NCBI GenBank assembly: GCA_943788985.1
Contig: CALSSJ010000012.1
Span: 192,001-256,000 of the forward strand
Origin: an uncultured Lentisphaerales bacterium
GTDB lineage: Bacteria > Verrucomicrobiota > Lentisphaeria > JABSQK01 > UBA12247
Length of the DNA: 64,000 nt
Direction of reading: 5' to 3'
Made by a program: the position numbers and the translations under genes. Positions 41,491 to 51,307 of the stretch are shown here, one piece after another. The notes under the pieces are model-generated. The model was not told where the DNA came from, searched no databases, and was given only the letters and a program-made list of their open reading frames with translations. The stretch's first letter is position 1; each line of letters begins with the position of its first letter.

Positions 41491-42393
41491 ATGTCAACCT
41501 ATAAGTTATCGCATCTGGATGCGCTGGAAGCTGAGGCGATCCATATCATGCGGGAAGTAGCGGCGCAGTTTGAACGGCCGGTTCTGCTGTTTTCCGGCGG
41601 GAAAGATTCTATTGTGATGGTGCACCTGGCGCTGAAAGCCTTTCGGCCCGCTCGGCTGCCGTTTCCGGTGATGCACGTGGATACCGGGCACAACTTCCCG
41701 GAATTGATTGAGTATCGGGATAATCTGGTGCGAGATATGAACCTGCGTTTGGTGGTAGCCTCTGTGGAAGACGCGATCAATACAGGGATTGCGGACCAGC
41801 CACCGGGAGAGATTAGCCGTAATCAGGCGCAGGCCCCGACGCTGGTGCATGCGATCGACGAGCATCGCTTTCAGGCTGCGTTTGGTGGCGGCCGCCGGGA
41901 TGAAGAAAAGGCGCGGGCCAAAGAGCGCGTGTTCTCATTTCGTGATGCATTTGGCGGGTGGGAGCCCCGCAGCCAGCGGCCGGAGTTGTGGAACCTGTAT
42001 AACGGTGGTATCCATGAGGGGGAGAACATCCGCGCCTTCCCGATTAGTAATTGGACAGAACTGGACGTTTGGCAGTATCTGGATCGCGAGAAAGTGCCGC
42101 TGCCAAGTCTGTATTTCTCCCACCAGCGCGAGGTGTTTATGCGCGATGGCCAGTGGCTGGCGACTTGCGAATATCTGCAACCGCGTGATGGTGAGGAAGT
42201 TCGCACGATGCAGGTGCGTTGCCGTACGATTGGCGACATGGTCTGCACGGGCCTGGTGGAATCCGACGCGGCGACCGTCGCGGACATTATCGATGAAGTG
42301 GCAGCCACTCGGGTCTCAGAGCGCGGCGGGCGGGCCGATGACAAGTTTGCAGAAGACTCGATGCAGAAGCGTAAAGAGAAGGGGTATTTCTAA
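41491..42393 (+). CDS. cysD: Sulfate adenylyltransferase subunit 2
   Basis: LFSGGKDS, HVDTGHNF, GGGRRDEEKARAKERVFSFRD, KEKGYF. Confidence 0.97.
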   Translation: MSTYKLSHLDALEAEAIHIMREVAAQFERPVLLFSGGKDSIVMVHLALKAFRPARLPFPVMHVDTGHNFPELIEYRDNLVRDMNLRLVVASVEDAINTGIADQPPGEISRNQAQAPTLVHAIDEHRFQAAFGGGRRDEEKARAKERVFSFRDAFGGWEPRSQRPELWNLYNGGIHEGENIRAFPISNWTELDVWQYLDREKVPLPSLYFSHQREVFMRDGQWLATCEYLQPRDGEEVRTMQVRCRTIGDMVCTGLVESDAATVADIIDEVAATRVSERGGRADDKFAEDSMQKRKEKGYF

Positions 42394-43709
42394 TGAGCAC
42401 GTGGCTTACAGATCATAAAGTTGAGCTGCTGCGGTTCTCGACGTGCGGAAGTGTCGATGATGGAAAGAGCACGCTGATTGGGCGGTTGCTTTACGATAGC
42501 AAGAGCCTGTTTCAAGACCAGCTGGATGCCTTGGAGAAAACCCGGGAATTTCTGGGTGACCAAACGGTGAATCTCGCGAATCTGACCGATGGCCTGCGTG
42601 AAGAGCGCGAGCAAGGGATCACGATCGATGTGGCATACCGCTTTGTGGCGACACCGAGGCGAAAGTTCATCGTGGCTGATACACCAGGGCATGTGCAGTA
42701 CACGCGCAACATGGTGACCGGCATGTCGACTGCGAATCTTGCAGTGATTCTGATCGATGCCCGGCATGGCGTCATTGAGCAGACGCGGCGCCACGCCTAT
42801 ATCGCCTCGCTGCTGGGGACGCCTCACATCGTGGTGTGCGTGAATAAAATGGATCTTGTCGACTACTCGCAAGATGTATTTGAGGCGATCCGCGAGGATT
42901 TCGATAACTTCGCCACACGCCTGCAGACACAGGATATTCGCTTCATTCCGATGAGCGCCCTGAACGGGGACAATGTGGTCGATAAGTCGGATAAGATGCC
43001 GTGGTACGATGGCCCAGCTTTGCTGAGTTTCATGGAGAAACTTCATATCGCCAATGATGGCAACCTGAACGATCAGCGATTTCCGGTGCAGTGGGTGGTG
43101 CGTCCGCAGACCGAGGAGCACCATGATTTTCGTGGGTACGCTGGCCAGGTCGCTGGGGGCGTGTTTCGGCCTGGTGATGACATTGTTGTGCTGCCATCCG
43201 GGGTGCGGTCCAAGGTGGCTTCGATTCACCTGCATGATCAGGAGTTGGACGAAGCGTTCGCGCCGCAGTCCGTCACGATTCAGCTGCAGGATGATGTGGA
43301 CATCAGCCGGGGTGATCTGCTGGTCGGTCCAGATAGCGCACCGTACGTAAGTGGAGAGGTCACGGCCATGGTCTGCTGGCTTCATGAGAAGCCGCTACGC
43401 GTGGGCGGCCGGTATCGTCTGATGCAGAACTCGAACGAGACGCGTGCCATCGTTCGCGAGTTGGAGTATTGCGTGAATGTCAATACGCTGCAGGAAGACG
43501 ACGATTCGGACTCGCTGCGTTTGAACGAAGTCGGCCGTTTGGTCATCAAGACGCAGAAGCCCCTCTGCTATGACGAATACAGACGCAATCGCGTAACCGG
43601 CTCATTTATTCTAATTGACGAGTCTACAAACGCGACTGTCGCGGCGGGAATGCTGCTCCGGCCGCCAATTCCACCGCCCCCAGTCGAGTTTGCGGACTAC
43701 GCAATTTGA
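42393..43709 (+). CDS. cysN: Sulfate adenylyltransferase subunit 1 (GTPase), no fused APS kinase
   Basis: CGSVDDGKSTLIGRLL, QGITIDVAY, DTPGH, NKMD, GSFILID. Confidence 0.97.
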   Translation: MSTWLTDHKVELLRFSTCGSVDDGKSTLIGRLLYDSKSLFQDQLDALEKTREFLGDQTVNLANLTDGLREEREQGITIDVAYRFVATPRRKFIVADTPGHVQYTRNMVTGMSTANLAVILIDARHGVIEQTRRHAYIASLLGTPHIVVCVNKMDLVDYSQDVFEAIREDFDNFATRLQTQDIRFIPMSALNGDNVVDKSDKMPWYDGPALLSFMEKLHIANDGNLNDQRFPVQWVVRPQTEEHHDFRGYAGQVAGGVFRPGDDIVVLPSGVRSKVASIHLHDQELDEAFAPQSVTIQLQDDVDISRGDLLVGPDSAPYVSGEVTAMVCWLHEKPLRVGGRYRLMQNSNETRAIVRELEYCVNVNTLQEDDDSDSLRLNEVGRLVIKTQKPLCYDEYRRNRVTGSFILIDESTNATVAAGMLLRPPIPPPPVEFADYAI

Positions 43710-43726
43710 CCGGAGACTGAGCGAAA

Positions 43727-45493
43727 ATGCGCGATCTGGTCGAAACGCAGTACTTGGACCTGCAACTGCCGGAGGAAGGTCTAGAGCTTTCCTCTGGCAA
43801 GCGGCTCTCTGCTGTCCGGATTGCGTACGAAACTCACGGGGTGCTTGCGGAGTCCGCAGATAATGTCGTGTTCATCTGCCACGCGCTGACTGGAGACTCG
43901 CATTGTGCGGGCTACCACAGCGACGACCCGAAGTCTCGTGGCTGGTGGGAGCCGCATCCGGATTCTGATCAGCCGCGTCTGATCGGGGTCGGGGCGGCGA
44001 TTGACACCAAACGGTTCTACGTGGTCTGTGCCAATATTCTTGGCGGGTGTGCGGGGACGACTGGGCCGAAGTCCAATAACCCGGAAACCGGAGAGCCATA
44101 CGGCATTGAATTCCCGTTGGTTACGATCAAGGACGTGGTGCGCGTTCAGCGGCTGTTGCTGGACCAGCTTGGCGTGAAGCGTTTACACGCGGTGGTGGGC
44201 GGCTCGATGGGTGGGATGCAGGCGCTTGAATGGGCAATTTCCTTCCCAGAGTACGTGGCGCGTTGTGCCTGTATCGCGACGGCAGCAAGCCTCTCGCCGC
44301 AGGCACTGGCGTTTGATATCATCGGGCGGCAGGAGATCGAGAACGATCCGAACTGGAATGGGGGGCATTACTACGGGCAGGCCATTCCTAGGGCCGGGCT
44401 GTCGCGCGCTCGCCAAATCGGCCATGTGACCTATCTCAGCGACCAGTCGATGTACGCCAAGTTTGGGCGCGACGAGCATGATCGGCCGAGACCCGAGGAC
44501 AGTAGTAAATTCTCGACCAGCTTTGAGGTGGAGTCGTACCTGAACTACAATGGCAACAGCTTTGTGGATCGATTCGACGCGAACTCCTATCTCTATATCA
44601 GCCGGATGATGGATATGTTCGATCTGGCGAAGGAGCACGGATCTTTGCGCGAGGCATTGGCGAAAACCGCATCGAAGTTCCTGATCATCTCGATCGAATC
44701 GGATTGGCTGTTTCCGCCGCCCCAGCAGCTCGAACTGCTGCACGAGTTGCTAGCGCTTCGTCGGGAGGTGAGCTACCTGAACATGAACTCGCACTTTGGG
44801 CATGACGCGTTCCTGATCGAGTACGATCTGCTGTGTCCGGCCCTGGGGGCCTTTCTCACGGGCGAGGAACCTCGCAAGCCGGCCCCTGTGAATCGGCAGG
44901 ATCTTAATGTGATCAAGTCGATGGTTCCGCGAGGAGAGCGTATTTTGGACTTGGGTGCCGGTGAGGGAAACATGATGCTGGCTGTCCAGCGCGCGACCGG
45001 CAGCACGGGAATCTGTTTAGACCTTAGCTATGGCAAGGTTGTCAGCTGCATGGAGAAGGGCCTGAGTGCCATCCAGTTAGACGCAGACAGCGGCCTAGAG
45101 TTGATCTCTGATGATGCGTTCGACTGCGTGATGACCAACCAGACCATCCAACAGTTGCACAGTGCACTTGGCGCGATGAAGCAGATGTTGCGAATTGGGC
45201 AACGTGCGATTGTGAGCTTTCCCAACTTTGCCTACTATCGCTATCGCTTGGCATTGCTCTACAGCGGGAAGTTGCCCGTCTCCGATGACCTGCCATTTGA
45301 ATGGTACGATACGCCGAATATCCATCTGGTTACCCTGACAGATTTTGTCGAGCTTTGTGAGAAGAACGAGATTCGCATCAATGCGCTTGAGTGTGCAGCC
45401 GATCACTGGCTGGGTCGAGCGCTGTTGCAGTGCGGTATGCGCAGTGCCGGGGCCGAGCGAGGGATCGCCTGCATCGGGAAAGCGAACGGCTGA
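43727..45493 (+). CDS. metX: Homoserine O-acyltransferase MetX fused to a MetW-like methyltransferase domain
   Basis: HALTG, GGSMGG, RFDANSY, SDWLFP, GHDAFL; then ILDLGAGEG, VSFPNFAYY, WYDTPNIH (MetW). Confidence 0.92.
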   Translation: MRDLVETQYLDLQLPEEGLELSSGKRLSAVRIAYETHGVLAESADNVVFICHALTGDSHCAGYHSDDPKSRGWWEPHPDSDQPRLIGVGAAIDTKRFYVVCANILGGCAGTTGPKSNNPETGEPYGIEFPLVTIKDVVRVQRLLLDQLGVKRLHAVVGGSMGGMQALEWAISFPEYVARCACIATAASLSPQALAFDIIGRQEIENDPNWNGGHYYGQAIPRAGLSRARQIGHVTYLSDQSMYAKFGRDEHDRPRPEDSSKFSTSFEVESYLNYNGNSFVDRFDANSYLYISRMMDMFDLAKEHGSLREALAKTASKFLIISIESDWLFPPPQQLELLHELLALRREVSYLNMNSHFGHDAFLIEYDLLCPALGAFLTGEEPRKPAPVNRQDLNVIKSMVPRGERILDLGAGEGNMMLAVQRATGSTGICLDLSYGKVVSCMEKGLSAIQLDADSGLELISDDAFDCVMTNQTIQQLHSALGAMKQMLRIGQRAIVSFPNFAYYRYRLALLYSGKLPVSDDLPFEWYDTPNIHLVTLTDFVELCEKNEIRINALECAADHWLGRALLQCGMRSAGAERGIACIGKANG

Positions 45494-45499
45494 TTGTGC

Positions 45500-45676
45500 T
45501 TAGTTGGACGCCATGAACACCACTACGACAGCAACGATCAGCCCGCCGATCAATGCGGCAAGTGTGATATAGCCAGCAAAGGCATTGCGTCGTGTTCCTG
45601 GGGGAGGCGGCGGCATAAAATCGTGCCTTTGTGGAGCGAGCGGGTGATTTTCTTTATAAGGTAAGCATAAATTCAT
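45500..45676 (-). CDS. Small 58-aa membrane-anchored protein
   Basis: Hand translation MNLCLPYKENHPLAPQRHDFMPPPPPGTRRNAFAGYITLAALIGGLIVAVVVVFMASN*; below the ORF-track cutoff. Confidence 0.45.
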   Translation of the reverse strand: MNLCLPYKENHPLAPQRHDFMPPPPPGTRRNAFAGYITLAALIGGLIVAVVVVFMASN

Positions 45677-45846
45677 TCCTGTCAGGAGAATATTTTCAGT
45701 AACGCGCCCGGATTAAAGCTTTCGTTTATTTCAGGTTTCCGCAGAGACGCGCGAATCTGGGGCACTGCTGTTTCGCACCTGCCACACTCTGGCGAAAATG
45801 GAGCCCAGGGAGCTGGCCCTCACGGCGCGCGATCATCTACCGACCG

Positions 45847-46745
45847 CTAGAGATCGCCGATAATGCGGCTTGGGGTGGTGGTGGCACCGATATCGCCGTG
45901 GAGGATAAGCTCGATGGCTGCGCCCAGGCTCCGGGATGCGCGAGTGCGAAGCAGATGGATCGGCGTCATGGACTCACCAGCATTGATGCCGGTGAGCAAC
46001 TCGTAGGATAATTCTGCCCAGCGATGGTGATCTGCCTGTGGCTTCAGGCCACGATCGAGATCGAGGCTACTGGAGACGTAGGGGGGCTGGACGCGTGTGG
46101 CTGCCGGGCCCCCAAAGTTCAGAACCTCAATGGTGCCTTGGTCGCTGACAAAGATGGAATCTCTGCGAAGGCGAATCCCGCAGACGCCCGAGGCATGGAA
46201 GTCATCGACGGCGCATTGGCGAAGCGCGCCTTCGATGTCGGACAGGTCGGACTTGGCACTGACGCATTGCATGAGCGGTCGCATTGAGACTAGCTGGTAG
46301 ACGATGACCCCGAGCCTGCGGTCTGCGTGCGCGCCGTAGGCTTCTGGCCGGACAAAGTAATGGCCGGAGGACTGCTGAATGATTTCTGCGGCTTGGAGCA
46401 TCGCCTGGACCTAGTCGAAGGAAGGCGTATCCCACCAGGGCAGAGCTCTGATGCCAAGCGAGACGTAGTCAACTGCCCCCGCTTTGATGGCGCGCACGAC
46501 ATGGAGCACCTCATTGGGACCAATACCGACGATAATCAGGCAGGGAAAGTGTCGTTTGAAGGCTTCGATGGAAGCTTCTGCGGCCTCGTCCTCGCCTGCG
46601 CTGTAGGCCATGACGGAGCGAAAATTACGTGACGGCAGATAGTTCTGAACTTGAGCCGCGTTTATTTTAGCGGGCTCGAAAATTACGATCTAAGGGCGGT
46701 AAAGGCTGCCGGATGCTTTGGCAATAGAATTTTTTTAGCTTTCAT
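45847..46745 (-). pseudogene. Degenerate receiver domain plus kinase-like hybrid
   Basis: VVRAIKAGAVDYV receiver tail; in-frame TAG at 46411-46413; then kinase-like VLNFG...PPYVS...QAD...LSYELLTG. Confidence 0.55.
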
Positions 46746-46879
46746 CAGGCACTCGCTTGCTCACAAAATTTGTCTTTCGTACTACGGCAGGTGTCTGCGG
46801 CTTCTCAACTGTAAGTGGGCGTCGGTATTAGGTGTTATTGTTTGTAAGGTGCCGAATATTATGTTCTTATGGCCCTCGC

Positions 46880-47657
46880 AAAGGAGAGCCTGTTTTGATC
46901 GTCGATGACGATTCCGCGCTGCGTCGAATGCGGGCGCTGATGGTGGGAACTGCGCCAAATTTTGAGGTGAGTACGGCTGCGGATGCCAGCACGGCCTTGG
47001 AGCATCTACGGGACAATCGCGTGGATATTGTGCTGGCGAACGTGATTATTCCTGTCACTGGCGGGATGAAGGTCGGGGCGCAGGTTTATCTAGTGAAGCC
47101 AGTTAAGCGAGAGAAGCTATTGATCGCGCTTTGCTGGACGCGATCGCGGTCACCTGCGATTGGGGTTACCGGAGAGATCGGGCCGTAGCAAGTGCTGCGC
47201 TTGGTGTACTGAAGGCAACTCACGCCGCCGGGATTGTGCACGGAGACTTCGAACCAGCCAACATCATGCTGGAGCAAGGCGGGCGAACTGTACTGGCGGA
47301 TTATGGCTTGGCTCAACTGCCGGGTGAGTCTCGCGAGTAGATGACGAGCACGCCGTTCTACTTCTCACCCTAGCGATTTACCACCGGAGTGACCACCAGG
47401 CAGAGCGATGTTTTTCGTTTTGGACGGTGGCTTTTGAGCTGCTGGCCGACCGCCGGCCATCTGACTCGGCGTCGTTTACGCAACTGAGCGGTCAGATTGT
47501 GAGCGAGGAGCCGAGCTGGCCCGATCTGTCTCCAGTGTTTCCGGCGCGGGATCAGGATGTATTGCGCAGTTTTCTGGCGAAGAAACCTGCGGATAGGCCG
47601 GTGGTTCGCGACGTGTTTGTTCCCCTGCGTGATGCTGAATCTGGGATCGGCGCTTGA
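46880..47657 (+). pseudogene. Degenerate receiver domain plus Ser/Thr kinase hybrid
   Basis: VLIVDDD, GAQVYLVKP, HAAGIVHGDFEPANIML, LADYGLA, TPFYFSP*, SDVFRFG, LAKKPADRP; deletions, stops and frameshifts. Confidence 0.75.
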
Positions 47658-47715
47658 AGTCAGCTTCGCCGCGTCCATCTGTGTGCTGCACGGGTCGTAT
47701 TTTCGAGGAGTATTC

Positions 47716-48165
47716 ATGTCGCTAAAACGAATTCCAGCTGAGATTCGAAGCTACGGAATCTATAACGGCTGGGACCGCGAGAGCAAAGAATTGCCGGAGA
47801 TTGTCAAGCACACGCATGATGTGCCTGCTGAACCGGGGGTGGAGTTCGGCTATATCGTGCGCATTCGCAAGGCCCGCGGAAAGTGGCTCAGGTTCTGCAT
47901 TGCGCATCCTGGAATTCCGGACGAGGATGGGCAGGTGATGCCGCCATTTGAAGGACGCGAGCGCATCAAGTCCAACGACTATCAGTTTTTTCTGGGTGAT
48001 TGTATCTGGGAACCTACGCACAATAAAGTAGGCCGCTGGCAGCTCTCTACATGGATTGAGGACGAGCTGGTGGCAGATCAGAAATTCATGGTACAAGTCC
48101 CGCAACCCGAGGCTAAGGAGAGTCCGCGCCCCAGCCCGTACAAGGACCCACAAAGACAATTCTAG
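47716..48165 (+). CDS. DUF3859-like protein
   Basis: GAGGAG RBS; SYGIY..WD...LP, EFGYIVRIRKARG, NDYQFFLGDCIWEP, KVGRW. Confidence 0.8.
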   Translation: MSLKRIPAEIRSYGIYNGWDRESKELPEIVKHTHDVPAEPGVEFGYIVRIRKARGKWLRFCIAHPGIPDEDGQVMPPFEGRERIKSNDYQFFLGDCIWEPTHNKVGRWQLSTWIEDELVADQKFMVQVPQPEAKESPRPSPYKDPQRQF

Positions 48166-48868
48166 TCTTCGAGGATGAGTGGCGAATGCGCGAGTTACTG
48201 CGTATTGCACTGACCCAGCATGGGCATCACTTGTTCAGCGCTGAGGATCGCGCAACGTGTCTTGCGATGTTAAAGCAGCATAAGATCGACTTGGTGGTCT
48301 TGGATCTGCGGATCCCGGGCTGAGTCATCGGGACATCAAGCCGGAGAATATCATGATCTGTAAGGGGAACAAAGCGGTCGTGATGGGCTTTGGGCTCGTA
48401 TTGCTGCCGAATTCAGAGCTGACGGGGAGCCATACGTGAATGGCTCCCCCAGCTACATGGCCCCTGAGTCCTTGCATTCCAGCCCAATCGATGCGCGGGC
48501 GGACATCTTCTCGCTTGGCGTGGTTTCCTACGAGCTGTTGACGCAACGGCGCCCGTTCGAATCCGACTCCATTATTTCCACGGGCATGCAGATTTGCTCC
48601 GTAGGTGGGGGCCGGCGAGTGACTTTCACCCCGGCGTTCCGCAGCTATTGATTCTATCGTGGCGTGTATGATGATCAAGAATACGGGTGAGAGATATAAG
48701 CACGCGGGCGACGTCTGGGGGCCAATTCGCAAGCGGCTCGAGCACCGTCCGCTGGAGTTAGCGCCGGAGCTTCTTAAGAATGCGAAGCGAAGCACGATGG
48801 GAACGAACCTGCGGGACGATGGCCTGGCGGATGGCGATTTTCACGACGCAGAGACAATTCTCAACTAG
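48152..48868 (+). pseudogene. Degenerate receiver domain plus Ser/Thr kinase hybrid
   Basis: TILVFEDE...IDLVVLDLRIPG*, then HRDIKPENIM, GSPSYMAPE, RADIFSLGVVSYELLT. Confidence 0.78.
48706..48742 (+). repeat. 37-bp exact direct copy of corA-internal sequence (26687-26723)
   Basis: gggcgacgtctgggggccaattcgcaagcggctcgag is identical at both sites. Confidence 0.9.
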
Positions 48869-50207
48869 ACTCGTCGGCCAGCTCGGGGGGCGACGGGTGC
48901 GAAGCGCAGTAGTAGCCGCACCACAGCACCACCAACGGGGCCACGTGCAGCAGCAGCCGATCGCTGAGATTGGGCAGCAGGTGCTTGAGCTCCCAAGGCG
49001 TAACCAGAATGACGGCGATGTAGACGCCGAGTACGCTGGCCACGAAAAGCGGAATCCACCATAGCTCGAGCTCGCGCAGGCGTCGGGCATTTAGAGCCAG
49101 CGTGACCAACGCCAGAACGGGCAGCAGGCCCCAGTGCGTCCAAGTGGCAGCTTCACGTGCAAACGCCACCAGAACGTGCGGGAGGCGGTCGCTGTGGTCC
49201 AAAAGGTTGGTGACAGAAATACGGGATGCGTAGTTCTCGTGGGTTCTCGGGAGGTCGCTGCGGAAGATGAACCACGGGGTCAGGGCCAGCAGGGTAAGCC
49301 CGTAGCCGATGGCGAGCGGGCGCAAGCGCGACCACTGTTTGCGGAGTCCGCAAATCACGGCAGTGCCGCCGGGAAGCAGCAGTAGCACAGCCATGCCCTC
49401 GTTCTTGGTGAAGATCACTCCGGCTAGACAAACCATCGCGATTGCTAGCATGCGCTTCTCACCACTTCTCTGCCACTGCCAAAAGGCAGACGCTGCGGCT
49501 AGAAGCATGAAGGAGAAGGTGGCGTCCGCGGTGAGGGCAGGCAGCCAGCGCTGGGCGGTTGGCAAGGTGACCACGATAAGGGCCGCGAGCGTGCCCAGGG
49601 GAATCCCCGCACGGGAGCGAACGATGCCGTACACAATCGCAGCAGTGCCGAAAAGTTGGGTGACGTAGAGGTCGGCAAACTGAAATGCGCTAGCATCCCC
49701 GGCGGTGTTTGCGAGAGCAGCCAAGAGAAATGGAACCAGGAGTGGGTAGTCTAGATGGCTGAAGCTTAGGGTTGTGTCTTGGAAGTAACCGCTGGTGAGG
49801 ACTGGCTCGTGAGCCAGCACATTTGCCTTAAGACACCAGATCGCTAGTGCATCCCAGTAGCGGATACCGCAGACGTAGGCTGTGTACCAAAGCACAGCAG
49901 CCGCACCCAGCACCACCAGTATGCCAAGAGTCGCGATTCCGCGGCTACAGCGGCCGACTTGCGCTGCTGGGGGCACGATGCTGAGCTGCACCTTGCGTGT
50001 ATAGCAAACGATTCCACCCAGCACGCATAGTGCGAGCAGTGGCCCGGGGCCGGGAAGGATGCCTGCGCAGGAAAAAAGGAAGAGGGCGACGGCTGTAAGC
50101 GCGTGCCCGCAGGCGATCGCGTAGCCCAGAATTTCGACGGTGATGGGGCGCTTGGTTGCGGAGATCGCAAGCCCTGAAATCAGGAGCGTGGCGAGGAGCA
50201 GAATCAT
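48861..50207 (-). CDS. Polytopic membrane protein, GT-C-like glycosyltransferase
   Basis: Many TMs; YWDALAIWCLKA, HLDYPLLVP, TKNEG; ATGA overlap with the upstream gene. Confidence 0.6.
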   Translation of the reverse strand: MILLLATLLISGLAISATKRPITVEILGYAIACGHALTAVALFLFSCAGILPGPGPLLALCVLGGIVCYTRKVQLSIVPPAAQVGRCSRGIATLGILVVLGAAAVLWYTAYVCGIRYWDALAIWCLKANVLAHEPVLTSGYFQDTTLSFSHLDYPLLVPFLLAALANTAGDASAFQFADLYVTQLFGTAAIVYGIVRSRAGIPLGTLAALIVVTLPTAQRWLPALTADATFSFMLLAAASAFWQWQRSGEKRMLAIAMVCLAGVIFTKNEGMAVLLLLPGGTAVICGLRKQWSRLRPLAIGYGLTLLALTPWFIFRSDLPRTHENYASRISVTNLLDHSDRLPHVLVAFAREAATWTHWGLLPVLALVTLALNARRLRELELWWIPLFVASVLGVYIAVILVTPWELKHLLPNLSDRLLLHVAPLVVLWCGYYCASHPSPPELADESS

Positions 50208-50665
50208 GGGGCAGGCACCGGGTACTGCTTGAAGTTGACCGTGTCTTTCTCGCGACGAATCTCCAAGATGGTAGTGACCTCTTGGGCATGGAGCCAGGAG
50301 ATAGTCGGGATGTTGTTGTGCTGCACAATATCTGCTGCATTGTTCAGCACCACGTCCTCGGTGGTCACGTACAGACGACGAGGATAGAAGGCGTTCACTG
50401 CGGCGTAATGAACGTTGCACAGTTCTACCTGGTCTGCGCCTCTGTCAGGGCGAAACCCCACATAGTTGGCATAGCAATTTCCCGCAGGAAGTTCTTGGAA
50501 GTAGGTGGCGTAACGGACGTTCCACAGCGCGCGGCCGCTTTGTTGCCTCAGCTGCAGCTTGCGCACTTTAGCCAAGCAATCTGGATGGTGCTGGAAGCCG
50601 ACGATGTTAGCCAGTACGGCCACGGAGAAAAGAGCAACAAGCAGCAGGTGCGTTTTCGGGGACAT
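50204..50665 (-). CDS. Hypothetical exported protein coupled to the GT-C-like gene
   Basis: N-terminal hydrophobic segment; stop overlaps the next ATG. Confidence 0.55.
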   Translation of the reverse strand: MSPKTHLLLVALFSVAVLANIVGFQHHPDCLAKVRKLQLRQQSGRALWNVRYATYFQELPAGNCYANYVGFRPDRGADQVELCNVHYAAVNAFYPRRLYVTTEDVVLNNAADIVQHNNIPTISWLHAQEVTTILEIRREKDTVNFKQYPVPAP

Positions 50666-50678
50666 AGAGGGCACCAGG

Positions 50679-51213
50679 TTAGCGGGATCTTCGGTTACTC
50701 GGCGCATCAGGGGCGCCAGTGGCAGGAAGATAGGTTCTCAAGCGCTTCTCGATACTGCTATACTCTGGATCTCTGGCGAGGTTGGTCCACTCCATGATGT
50801 CCTTTTTGTGGTCGTAGAGTTCTTCGCCGCCGTTGTAAATGATGTCGCTGTAGCGGCCGTCGTAGATGCGATGATTGCCCCGAAGATCTGCGTAGAACAT
50901 GTTGGTGCTGTTTCCGTAGACGCCGGTGCTACTCGGCAAAAAGCCGGAGAGAACAGCCGAGCGCGACGACCCACAGATCGGCGCGGCACAGACTGCTTTT
51001 TTGAACATGCCTGCGCCATCTTTGCAGCAGCGATCGAGATGGGGCGTCTTGGCCTGCGGGGGCCCGCCAAGCGGGCCGACCCAGTCATTGATACCATCAA
51101 ATAGCGCTGAATAGCACATTCGGGCGTTGAGCGAGCGGGGCGTCCGCCTGCCCCGAAAGAGCGAAGCAGAGGCCGAACAGCAGGAGTTGGCAGAAACGTG
51201 AATGTGATGTCAT
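50679..51213 (-). pseudogene. Sulfatase remnant with large internal deletion
   Basis: Signal peptide plus RPNVLFSAI, frameshift, DWVG...KTPHLDR...PICGSSRSAVLSG joined directly to the C-terminal EELYDHKKDIMEWTNLA. Confidence 0.8.
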
Positions 51214-51307
51214 GAGCGCTCGCTTCCTTTGGGGCTGTCGTGACTTTGACCGGATCTGTACCAGACACTGGCGTGCATTGGAACAGTCTGGGCCAAGCCC
51301 AAGCGTG

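Noticed and set aside
9976..48323. Stop-codon reassignment suggested by many in-frame TAG/TGA at Trp/Gln/Glu positions
   Set aside because: These occur only in remnants that also have frameshifts or deletions; intact genes end normally in TAG, TGA and TAA
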